DNA of 63,881 bases, filler included, from Choristocarpus tenellus KU-1152 (taxonomy: Eukaryota > Protista > Phaeophyceae): assembly GCA_964200185.2 (NCBI GenBank). It is 14 parts of 14 records of this genome, joined end to end, with 100 filler letters (N's around TTAATTAATTAA, not from the genome) between each part and the next. Parts side by side here need not be neighbours in the genome. Positions count along the whole stretch, not along the records: positions 37,284 to 45,127 come from CAXNAD020005497.1; positions 45,228 to 48,284 come from CAXNAD020022626.1; positions 48,385 to 52,642 come from CAXNAD020015443.1; 11 more parts are not named here. One strand, 5' to 3'. The notes below the pieces were generated by a model. The model was not told the DNA's origin and ran no database searches. It saw only the letters and a program-made list of their open reading frames with translations. Position numbers and translations under genes: made by a program. Within the stretch, counting starts at the first letter, position 1, and every line of letters begins with the position of its first letter. Of this stretch, positions 37,284 to 48,928 are shown one piece after another.

Positions 37284-40200
37284 CAACAAGTTTCTCGCAA
37301 GTCAAAACAAGACCCGCCATGGGTTCCCAGCTAACGTCTTTAACCCGCTTCTGTTTCCCAGTTCGCCCAGATCTATCACCAGCGTGATGTAGCCTTCGAC
37401 AAAACTACTTTTCCCCTACTTATCAAGGGTCATAAACGCGGCGTTGTCGCGTGTGTGGTCACTGGTCGGCCGAAGCCAGTGAAGATCCACCCCACGCTCC
37501 CCATCCTCGCCGAACCGACACGCTCCGCTAGGATCTTGCCGACCAAGAACGGCGCCTCCGTTGCGTCAAAAAAGGCAAATCTGTCTTCCTGCACGGAGAC
37601 GAGGATTCCATGCTTTGCCAATGTCAACGTAGCACGAGGCCAACCCCGTCAACGGGAGCCAGGTTCTTCCTTGTCACACTGTCCGATGATGAAGAGTGTG
37701 TTTCCTCGAGCCCGCCAAGATCATTGTCACCGCTGAAGAGATTATCTCCTCCATCTGAACGTTCGCCCTGGTCGGCGTCTTCGACGTCGCTGGTACGAGT
37801 TCCAGCGCCATCGTCATCGGTGGGAAGCCAATGGACCGAGAGGTCGAAATCTCGTTCCCCTGTCTTTTTGAGAAGCCGCACAGACTCACTTTGCTCGTGT
37901 TTCGCTCTCTGAACAGCTTCATCGTCTGCAAAGGTGGAATCCATGAGCACGAGAACATCAACGGCATAGAAGCATGAATGTTACATTGTTACCAGGCGTG
38001 AGGTTTCACGAATACGCTCGGGGAGCATGCGGTGAGAGGGAGGGTGTATAATTCGTCGGATTCGTGTCTGTTGAGTGTAAGACCGGTACCCTCAAAACAT
38101 TTATCGGGGGTAATCTATGGTGCTTCTTAATGTAACATGCGACGACCACTACGCATGAGAATGGAATATTTTTCAAGATTGTTTTTCTAAAGGCTGTAAA
38201 GGCTGCTTCGTACAGAAGTTGCACCAGATTTTTTAGGCTGCCACCGAATACCAAAATTAGCTATCAACTCCCCTCACGGAAAAATCGACTTACCTAGTGG
38301 GTACGCAGCAGCGAGGCGCTCGTGCGACGCCTGGTACCGCTGCTCCACCTTCAGGATGGCGTCTTCGGGAACGCTCTTCAGCTGGTAGGGTGGTGCATCT
38401 TGGATACGAGGCAGGTGGCCGATGAAGAGGTCATGCGGAGGGGCGTTGGGGTCGATAGCAAGGTCTCCGCCTATCACAATCCATTCGGTGCAGTGCATGT
38501 ATCGCTTTACGCTAACCTTAACCCGCCCATCACCGCCTTTTTCAACGCGAAAAGCCCTGTAGATCGTGATATTGGGGACACACTTGACCCGACCACGAAG
38601 GAGTCCCTTGAAGTTTCCCTCGTTCCGTAGGGTCTTGCAGTATACTGGAACCTCCTTGTAAGAGGCCTGCAGCTCTTCACCCAGCTGTGTTATTGTGAAT
38701 ATGTTCTTCCCGTTGACACCAGAGCCAAAGTATCTTAGAGGGTAGAGCCGCGTCCATTTGGGGGTCAAAATACAATGTTCTGATTATGATGTAATTTTGG
38801 TTATCGTGTTTGTTAAGAAGTGTCAATATCTATGTTTCGGACACACCTGTCATAACGTATACATTTTACCTACTCCAAAACATTTTGGAGTCGGAAAATG
38901 TCATAAAAAACCCTTGGAAGCCAAGCCCCACGAATGGACAAACAGGGCAAAATTCGTACCCTCTAAGATAGTTTCAATCACCACGTGATAACCTGAAGGT
39001 GAAATGCAAGCAAGTTAATTTTGAGGCAGGGGCGAAAGAAACGAAGTGGAGAAGCAGGATATATATGCAGGCATATGCTTCGATGCATGTATATGGAAGT
39101 AAAATATATAAAGGGGTAATGCGTACATTTTTTTATTGTTTTCTTTCGAGAGTATGTTACGAAACAGTTTTGGTAGCTGCTCTTATCGTTCAATATTGTT
39201 GTGGGGAAATCAAAAGTTAATCAATCAATTACAGTGTATGGCCATAAACCTTCCATGGATGCAACAAGCGTGAGCTGCAAGCCTCAAGGCAGTATCTGTC
39301 CATATCAAAACACTATGTGGCTAATGAACTTGCATATCTTGCCTAATTACCTGGAGAGGATCTGATCGATTTTGATGTGCGTGTGCCCCACCATCATAAA
39401 ATGTGTCTTGACCACACGAATGACACTCGCCGCGACCAACAGCCCCGCATATCCGAGAAAGAAATTGTTCTTGTTCTCTGAGACGCAGTTGTCGACCTGG
39501 CCAGTTTGGGGAGGTGGGAGCGAGGGAGGGATAGGCGTGAGGCCCATATGTCAGCCCATTTCGCCTCGTTTCATGGAGGAACAGGGTATGTTTCCAGTAT
39601 TGCTAGAGCGCAAGCTCTACATCACCGCCATCATACATGCAGGTCGCAACACAAAAACCAAAACTAAAGACCGTGCAATTAGTTACTTGGTGACTGGTAT
39701 TCAGCGAGTATGTGTTGCGTAGGTCGTGTCAAGGTGAAACTTTCTTACCTGCCAATGGGCGTGCTGGATGATGCAACTCCCCGCGTGATCGAGGCTGTTG
39801 TGGTACTTGTCGATAAGCCTTGTGAGGGCAAGGTGGGTGGCTGTGCAGACAAGGTTACAACCTGCGCGAACAATGATGTCCGTCGTTAGTTGGCAAATAG
39901 TACTCTGCTTACTTACGCATCGTTTATTTGGAGCTAAAAAGAGGGGTAATGGAATTTGTTTTTGCAATGAAGAGCACATACTCCCGAATGGCTGATATAG
40001 ATATCTGTGGGTTTTCCTCCTCGTTGATTAGCTCTTGTGCTCTTCTCGCCCTAACCCAAAGCTGAGGCGTAGGAGGACAGGGGAGCACAGCGCATCATCA
40101 GTTAATCGTCTGTTCACTAGGCCTGCGATATCTGTAGGCACATCGTGTAAGGATGTACTCGTCCTCCTGTATCTAACCTACGCCAGGTCCACTCGCCACG

Positions 40201-43133
40201 ACGGCAAATCAAGTGGTGCGTGCGCAACCAGCATCTATTCGGTCATGTTATTGTTTGCCACAACCCACAATACGTACCTCCTCCAAGATTGATAGGAGTG
40301 AAGAACACCTCCACGAACTGGCCTTCGACGTGTGCGGCCATGATCTTCTGGCGCTCAGAGTAGCCCCTGATAAGAAGGACATGAACCAAAGAAACGTGTC
40401 AAGAAAGGTTCTACGGTGCGTCGTCATCATGATGAACGGAATAGGTAGTGGAATTATGTGCGTCTGTTTTGGCAATTATTTCTTGGGACTTTGCACTCAT
40501 TCGTAGAATATAACAGGGTCTATTCTGTTCCGCGTGCGGCTGCAAAGTTGTTGTCGAATGGACTATGCATGCGTGTGGTTACCTGTCACAGCCGTGGGTA
40601 GGTGAGTAAAGTGCTGGGAGGGAGTGTGCTGTCTGGTTCGCGGCGTCTACGGACATGAACACGAAGCCGAGATGTTTGCCATCGGCTCTGGCCCGCATGG
40701 CGCTGCTGATGCTGTTGGCGATGACCAGCTGATCCGCTTGGATAATCTGGCGAATGGGGGAGAGCAACATCACATCTGTAAATCAAATATACCTGCTCAG
40801 AGTTTAAAAAAAATGGCCACTTGTCAACACGTATCAGGTTAGTAACAAAAATGGAGTGTAGATGACAATAAATGTTTGTCTTTGGATATGTTTTTTATTG
40901 CTGTGTTCAAGACAAACACAGTGTTATCGGGATGGTAGGAAGTACGTACATAAGGGGCCGGAAGACCGCTACATGTCCTGTCCCTCCCACAGCCCGTTGT
41001 ACACGACCAGGAAGCAGTCTATCATACAATGTGTTTGGGCAGCTAATAACAACATTTTTGCGGTGAGTGAGGCTGCTGCTGCTGCCATAAACACCTACGT
41101 GGGAGTCTTCATTCGCAAAAGGAAAGAGATGTTCTTGAAATGGAGGGCAACGACGGCGACATGTTGCCACTGTACCCTTGTTGCAAAATTAACGCTGGAC
41201 ACCTACCTGTCAATGGTCTGACAGCTCCTTATCGATGGAATCGAGGACGGTGGAGTCGATGGTGAGTTTTACACCAGGCGCACCGTGCCGCTTTTCTTTT
41301 AACGTGACGCATATGCCACATTTCATAAACTCGCCTCCTACCCTCACTCTGATGTTGGGCCTGTCCTCTCTGAGCAATCGGAGGAAGTGCACCCTGCTTA
41401 ACCGCTTGGAAGGGTCGTCAGCATACACCCGTATTGTCTCTTTGCAAAAATCCTTGTATAGCTCCTAATTAAAAATGCTGGTTGTGTGGGCAAGTGAGGA
41501 GTTATTGAGAAGGAACACTCGAAGAACACCCCTGCAAGATCTCTCGAAGGTGGGCTTACCAATAACTTGACTGAGAACGCGGAAGACAGGATCAAGCAAG
41601 CTTACATCACGCGTTACGAAAGACCAAATACAATGATGTTCGTAAATCTGCCATGAGCGTCATTCTGTTCGGACCTCGCTGCCGTTCGCAGAAGCGGCAA
41701 AGGAGGCGAATCTACCAGCATCATCATCATCATCGCGAAGCGCTTTAGACATACGAAGTACACACTTTCCCTACCAATGTCAGACCGGGCCCGGGGCCGC
41801 AGAGTAGGTGTACACAGCGTTGAAATAACAGTTATTGTGTCTTCCTTTGTAAAAGCGACGAAGAGTATCATCATCAACATTGTAATCTCGACAAGAAAAC
41901 AAAAAAAATAGCCCTTGGTACGAATATTGACATGTTCTTTTAACCATAATATCAGACCGGTCAAAGTAATGAACATCCACCACTCGAAACACTACTTAGA
42001 TCCACATTTTCTACGTACTGCTGGGTCACACGGTTTGCATCTAACTCCAACACAGGGTGCGGCTAACCTCTCCACAACCAAGGGCAAAACCTACCTGTTT
42101 GTTCGCTGCGTAGATCACAATTGTGGACTTGTGAGGAATGAACTGCCCGTATGTATCAGCCCAGTAGTCTATCCAGGACATCACCAGGTCTCGCTTCGGA
42201 GTCATGTCCTTATTTTTGTTCGTGCCGTTCCTGTTGTAGTAGCACACGTATGAATATAAATGGATGGGAGATGTGTTGGAGGTGGATACGAGGGACGGGG
42301 GATGGAATCCTAGAGGGATTGTATGCCAGCAGCGAATCACATATTCTGTAGATATTTACACGTGGTACATGCTGCAGTAGCGCGGGGACGGCCGGATGAG
42401 ATGATATTGTTGAAGCATAAAAAACATATCGCACGTGTATATACATACATAGGTAAGACATTACTCAACGCTGGAGGGATCTCTAACATTGTATATCAGA
42501 CATCTAGGCATGGTAACTACAAAGTGAACCGGGTGAGTACAGTTGGATCACATTGTTCTCAGATAGGACTACTATTCAATCATCAAGCAGGGGGGGAAAT
42601 ATACCAGGTACAAGTAACACTGTGTACATACATCAAACCCACCTCTTCACGCTGGCAGATGCTCTTGCGTTAGGTGTGCCTTTGCAAGCGTCGATGACAT
42701 GATTGGATATCCCAAGCGATGCCTTGAAAAACTGCGTACAGACGGGAATGCCAGCCGTGAGCATAAATCCACCTCCAGGTCCCAACTTAATCAAAGGTAC
42801 ACAGTCGCCAACGAAGTGCTTGCGATCGCGGCGGTTCTCACACGCCCGGATGATGTCCTGCTCTTTGGCCAAGGTGCGTGCAAGGAAGGACTCGCCATCT
42901 GCCGCGAACTTCTTCACACAAGCTAAGTGCTTGCAGCAGTCATCCTGTTCGTTGACCTTGACGGGTTCAGCCCATCCTCGGTGAAGCTTGGTGCCGGTCG
43001 CTGAAGCGTTATTGGTAGGCAGCTCCAGCGCATCATTGTTGGCGGACTGGTGAGGGGGCAACATGGGGGGAGACGCAGGCAACAAAAGCCACCCCCTTGC
43101 TGTGGAAGCAACTGTCATGGTGTTTTCGGGCAA
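37284..43133 (-). pseudogene. Intron-containing Sola-like (DUF7869-type) DDD transposase, disabled
   Basis: Exons ~43133-42643, 42230-42095, 41464-41207, 40728-40583, 40366-40278, 39861-39749, 39496-39351 and 38992-38294 are phase-compatible GT-AG. A final segment lies at ~37990-37284. Motifs: CCK..C..KF, VCTQFFKASLGIS, FMKCGIC, MSVDAANQ..HSLP, WQVDNCVSENKN, FMMVGHTHIKIDQILSR and PFLVGKI. Lesions: in-frame TGA at 41212-41210, a MITE insertion and C-terminal frameshifts. Confidence 0.8.
38722..38979 (-). mobile_element. MITE-A full copy inserted in transposase exon 8
   Basis: TIRs GAGCCAAAGTATCTTAGAGGGTA / TACCCTCTAAGATAGTTTCAATC and 4-bp TSD ACCA. Removing the element plus one TSD restores the frame ...ILSR|LSRGVNGKNIFT. 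Confidence 0.93.
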
Positions 43134-43192
43134 CAGGCAGTCTTGGGCAGTGAAAAGGTCTAAGAGTGATTAGATTCGAAGGCGAGCGTATG

Positions 43193-44629
43193 AACTTTGT
43201 TTGAGCCTCGGGCGATCGGTGGGACCACCCTGAGATCCATGATCCTGAAAATCCGTGCATTACACTTTTCGGAAGTTGTAAATCCGTTTATATCCGTGAT
43301 TTGTAATTTAAAACAAATCACAAACGTAATGGATACTGTACGTTTCCAATGTTCCGAAACCAACTTTGTTTGAGCCTCAGGCGATCGGTGGGACCACCCT
43401 GAGGTCCATGATCCTGAGAATCCGTGCATTACGTTATTCGGAAGTAGTAAATCCGATTATATCCGTGGTTTCTATTTTTTTTAAATCCGACTATATCCGT
43501 GATTTCTATTATATACAAATGACATACTTAATTGATATTGCACGTTTCCAATGTTCCGAAACCAACTTTGTTTGAGCCTCGGGCGATCGGTGGGACCACC
43601 CTGAGATCCATGATAATGAAAATCCGTGCATTACGTTCTTAGGAAGTTGTAAATCCGATTATATCCGTACCTATAATTTTTTTCAAATACAAAGCACACA
43701 CTTAATTGATATTGTACGTTTCCAATGTTCCGAAACCAACTTTGTTTGAGCCTCAGGCGATCGGTGGGACCACTCTGAGATCCATGATCCTGAGAATCCG
43801 TGCATTACGTTATTCGGAAGTTGTAAATCCGATTATATCCGTACTTACAAATTTTTTTTAATCCGAATATATCCGTGATTTCTATTTCATACAAATCACA
43901 TACTTAATTGATATTGTACGTTTCTAACGTTCCGAAACCAACTTTGTTTGAGCTCTGGGCTATCCATGAGACCACCCTGAGATCCATGATCCTGAAAATC
44001 CGTGTATTACCTTTTTAGGAAGTTGTAAATCCGATTATATCCGTACTTACAATTTTTTTTAATACAAATCACATACTTAGTTGATATTGTACCTTTCCAA
44101 TGTTCCGAAACCAACTTTGTTTGAGCCTCGGGCGATCGGTGGGACCACCCTGAGATCCATGATCCTGAAAATCCGTGCGTTACACTTTTCGGAAGTTGTA
44201 AATCCGTTTATATCCGTGATTTGTATTTTAAAACAAATCACATACGTAATGGATACTGTACGTTTCCAATGTTCGGAAACCAACTTTGTTTGAGCCTCAG
44301 GCGATCGGTGGGACCACCCTGAGATCCATGATCCTGAAAATCCGTGTATTACGTTTTTAGGAAGCTGTAAATCCGATTATATCCGTACCTATAATTTTTT
44401 TTTAATACAAATCACATATTTAATTGATGTTATACCTTTGCAATGTTCCGAAACCAACTTTGTTTGAGCCTCGGGCGATCGGTGGGACCACCCTGAGATC
44501 CATGATCCTGAAAATCCGTGCATTACGTTATTCGGAAGTTGTAAATCCGATTATACCCGTACTTACAAATTTTTTTAATACAAAGCACATACTTCATTGA
44601 TCTTGTACGTTTCCAATGTTCAGAAACCA
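43193..44629. repeat. Tandem satellite of 8 units of 169-202 bp, upstream of the transposase
   Basis: Units begin AACTTTGTTTGAGCCTCGGGCGATCGGTGGGACCACCCTGAGATCCATG at 43193, 43362, 43564, 43738, 43940, 44113, 44282 and 44456. Two degenerate ~270-bp relatives follow to 45127. Confidence 0.95.
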
Positions 44630-44737
44630 AAACGTCAAAAAACAACTAGCACCCTCTAATTTTTTGAAGTACAAAACCTTACAAAATTGGAGATTTAGAT
44701 TCTTGTAAATTCTAGAGACAACAAAAAGGGGTTCTTT

Positions 44738-44771
44738 GGGTAAACGGGATCCGATCGGATCCCGTTTACCC
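44738..44771. repeat. Perfect 34-bp palindrome
   Basis: GGGTAAACGGGATCCGA|TCGGATCCCGTTTACCC, with no spacer. Confidence 0.95.
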
Positions 44772-46299
44772 TTGAACACCCAAAACACGTGCATTAGGGA
44801 TTTTTAGAAATAGTAAATCCAGTAATAATCATTCTTACAATTTTTGAAAAGACAAAGAACACACTTTATGGGTCTCACACGTTTCCAATTTTCAGAAACT
44901 AAACGGTCACTTCCAACTGGTACCCACAATTTATTTAAATACTAAAACCGCTTTTTGGCGACTTCAGTATTCTTGAAAATACTAGAGATGAAAAAAAAGC
45001 GAATCTATAGTTTTAAAGATCCGATCTGATCTGCTAAGCCCCTGAAGACCCAAAGCACGTGCGTTAGGTTTTATTACAAAATAATAATGATATTCTAATC
45101 TTTACATCAACAAATACAAATACAAACNNNNNNNNNNNNNNNNNNNNNNNNNNNNNNNNNNNNNNNNNNNNTTAATTAATTAANNNNNNNNNNNNNNNNN
45201 NNNNNNNNNNNNNNNNNNNNNNNNNNNGGTGGGACGAAGTAGTGTTTTTGGCTCGTTTTGGGCGGGGTGAGTGATCCATCTTTTTTTTTTTTTCCTCTGT
45301 GTCCTTGTTGAAAAGAAGTGTGCGAATTAAGTGCCACAACCTTGGTATAAACCTTTGATAGACCGCCATGGCCAGAACCTCCTTCACATGCCCCCCCACC
45401 TCGCCCTGATTATTTGTTTCAGTATGCTGTAGAGTACTATCATAGGAAGCACGTATAGCATCTCAGACAACGGTGTTATGTGCTCGAGTGCCTAGACTTT
45501 TGACCCAGGAAGGGTCGACCAACATGTCATATGCGTGTGGATATGAAACATTGCTGCTGTATTGTGTGGCGGCATTGTCAGTGAGTAGTCTTGTATATAA
45601 TTGAAGAGTGACATCAATAATTGTTTCTGTGAAGACAAAAGATGTGAGAAATGTTTTTGTAGGGATTTTTGCCTCTCTTGCTCTTTTCCAGAGTGGTTGT
45701 GTGTGGGCCTATAGACACCATTGGTACACTTTGTCCTCTGTTTTCAAAGGTATTTATCCATTTCTGTGTTTGCCTGTTGTTGTGTTACTTTGCCTTCCTG
45801 TTTTTCTGGTTCCAGGAAGTATGAAATAGGAGAGATTTAGTCGTTGAACCCACAAATTGTAATGGAAATAGTTTGTTAACAGGATGGTATTTTGTGGTGC
45901 AGGTACATTTATACTTGCTTACGACCTGACCTACTTCCACCTATTGGATTCCAGTTCCCAGTAATCATTTTTTTTTAATGTGACAATTTGTTCTGCCCAG
46001 GTGCATCCTTCACCTGTATGTGCGTGTGCGAGTGTGTGCCTCAAGTCTCTTCTTTTTTTGCATTCAATAAATATAAAAAATAAATGGAAAATATATTAAA
46101 ATATCAGTGCAGATCTACTCTTCTTGCCTTTTGCAGTTAAAAGACGAAATGAAAAGACATGTGTACCCCGCCCCCAAATGTCATTTGACATGCAGGTCTC
46201 CTCAGTGCAGAGGTCTTCTGGACCATTGTGATAGATAGGGGCTGATGTTGATCGATGGTATGGTATGAGTATTGAAGAGAAAAAGATTGAATTAGTTAA

Positions 46300-47600
46300 G
46301 AGAGTCCATCATTCCTTTGTGAGTGGTAACCCCAGTACTATAAATCCCACCAGTTCCCCATATTTTAGTGAAAATACTTTGACCTTTGGCATTGTCTGCA
46401 GTCCATCCATGGCAACGCCTTTTGTGTTTTCTGTAGTACGGTATGACTATGCACGTAACTGCTGGTGGTTTATGTCCAATTTGCTTATACCGTTAGCTGT
46501 AAATTCCGGAACATACACCACCTTGGCAACCTCCGGGATCAATAAATTGCGAATTTTCCTGTTTTTTTCGGCAGCACGGCCAAGAATAGATGTCACTTTG
46601 TTCATTTCAATGTTCTCAGGATTGGAGGACAGCGTACACACAAAGTGATACATAAATGCATGTATGTAGATTGTAGTCATTTCAGTTACGGAGTATGAAC
46701 TTGGTGTTTCACATTGGGGTTGGGGTTCCACTCCCATTTTGGGGTTTTCCAGCCCAGTGTCGGTGATTATGACTGTAAATGTGTTGGCGAAATGTAATTG
46801 CCCCCATATCACAGGTAATTTGGGGGCAGGAAGTTAACAGAAACATAGAGGTAATGACCAGGAGTGATGCTATTGAGGATGGAGGAGACATTTTGAGCAT
46901 CTGCTTCATTATTGCCAGTTGTGCTACGCCTTGTTATATTGCAATATACTTGGGAGTACCACATACTACTGTATTGTAATACTGTTAAAGAGTGACATGC
47001 TGATCCTTGAACCTTCACTTCATCCCACACCAGCCAGGCTATTGAGTAAAGTGTCTGTGCAGTGGTGTGTGAGTCATCGTTGTTGAATACACATGTGCTG
47101 CTGATGCCTCCAGTACAGTTTGTACTTATCTACAAGTATTTTTGTCAATATTCTTGATTTTTAGGAGGTCCTTGGTGGTGCAGTCATAAAAATGAATATT
47201 TTTCTAGCCTTGACCATTGCGTGTGTGTGTGGTAGATACCATATCACATCATCATATACATATGTAAAAACATTGTTGGTTGTTGGTTATCATATGATGT
47301 TTTGTAGTTGCAGGAAACACTCCTGACTGCAATTACGACTACACACATTTTAGTGTCATTTCACCCCTGTTGGCCCTGGTCAAGGCAGTGTAAGGAATAT
47401 ATTGTATGGAGGAATTTTGGGACTCGATCTGTGCAGTAGCAAGAAATGAAAAGTACTGAAAAACCTACTGCTTTCCTCTGTTCTGCTGTAACTGCGTTGC
47501 AGGTCTCCGATACTAGATACACATGGTATATCCAAAAGTACACTTCTCAAACTCAATTAAGTTTGAGACTGAGCTTCCAGCTCAATGTAAACATGTACCT
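46300..47600 (-). pseudogene. Possible highly decayed Ty3/gypsy RT and integrase remnants
   Basis: Minus-strand fragments LKL..EKCTFGY (RT end, ~47520-47570) and CRQCQRSK (integrase zinc finger, ~46380-46400), among many stops. Confidence 0.35.
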
Positions 47601-48735
47601 CCTAAGGATTCATTCTCAGCTGTTAACACAATTTCTCCAGCTTGTTGGCAGATTCGGAGTCCAATAGTGTTTCAAAGGTGTTGGACCCCACTTCACTCCA
47701 AACAACCTGTGGAACCATCTTTGAAGCGCCCCTATCATTCCAGCTGTGCTCGGTCCAATGCGATCAGGCAGGGAATGACCTCGTGGCTTCTTGAAACCCC
47801 TTTTTCAGTAGGGTTTTTTTTATCTACAGGTGTATCTAGAGGTCTTTCAATGACATAACCTGTAAGGATGGTTTTGGACTCTGTACTTGTATGTTCGAGG
47901 TTCATACCCACCTTGACACCTTTATACTCTTACTATACAGATACTTCAAGTACAGTACTGCTTCACAGCCCATTTATTTGGAGACTTTCGAGAACCATTC
48001 CATAGTCCCTAGTAGATGCCAAGATCTCATGCACTCCTATGACATTGCAAGTCGCATCAGGCTAAGGACTCTAGTCCATTTCGCAGTGGAACACTACCAT
48101 AGTTTTGTCATGTTAGTGGAGTTGTTGAACACCCCGACCGGTTTGAGCATCGAATGGTACAATTTGCTGCAAAAAAGAGTCAAGGTTGGTGAATCAAGCG
48201 GCACGCACAAGAAAATTAGCCGAGGAAAATCTTGTCGAAAGGTGTCCAGGGTCAAGGTATCTGGAAGGGGGGGGGGGGGGGGGGNNNNNNNNNNNNNNNN
48301 NNNNNNNNNNNNNNNNNNNNNNNNNNNNTTAATTAATTAANNNNNNNNNNNNNNNNNNNNNNNNNNNNNNNNNNNNNNNNNNNNCCCCCTCAGCTACTTT
48401 GAGCCTGTTTGGTTTCCCCAGAATAGGTTTAACCTCCAACCGAGTCCCTCAATAACTTGTAGATCCCTTTTCACTGGAAGCTGCAGTACGTTCAGTTGTT
48501 CGGTAGGATCCAAAAGGTCAACATGAACCAAGTGGTCAGTTTCAAACAATAATAGCTGCGAGTTACAGACCTACCTCTTTAATTGATTAGTAACGCCAAA
48601 TAACAGATCAAAATCCATTAGGGCTGTGACCAGCTTGTAAACATACCCAACGTTGCCATTAGTAATTCTGGCAGTCGTAAACTGTGGTAGTGGAGGATGG
48701 AGGGAACGATGACCTTTATTTGACAGTAGCACATG

Positions 48736-48919
48736 GACCCAAAGTATCTGGGGAAGGGAGGGGGAGGTCTACACGAGACGTGTCCATTTGGGCCATAACC
48801 TGGAAAAATGCACTTACATTATCCATCTGACATATGGAATCAAATCACACAAAAATCGCGACATAAAAAAATTGACCCCAAATGGACAGCTGCCCTCCCC
48901 TCCCCAGATACTTTGAGCC
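48736..48919 (+). mobile_element. MITE-B full copy
   Basis: GACCCAAAGTATCTGGGGA...TCCCCAGATACTTTGAGCC with a 3-bp flanking duplication ATG. Confidence 0.82.
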
Positions 48920-48928
48920 ATGCCTTAC

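Noticed and set aside
43193-44629. CRISPR-like array (conserved core plus variable part)
   Set aside because: Units are 169-202 bp, the variable parts are homologous to each other rather than unique spacers, no cas genes are present, and the context is eukaryotic.
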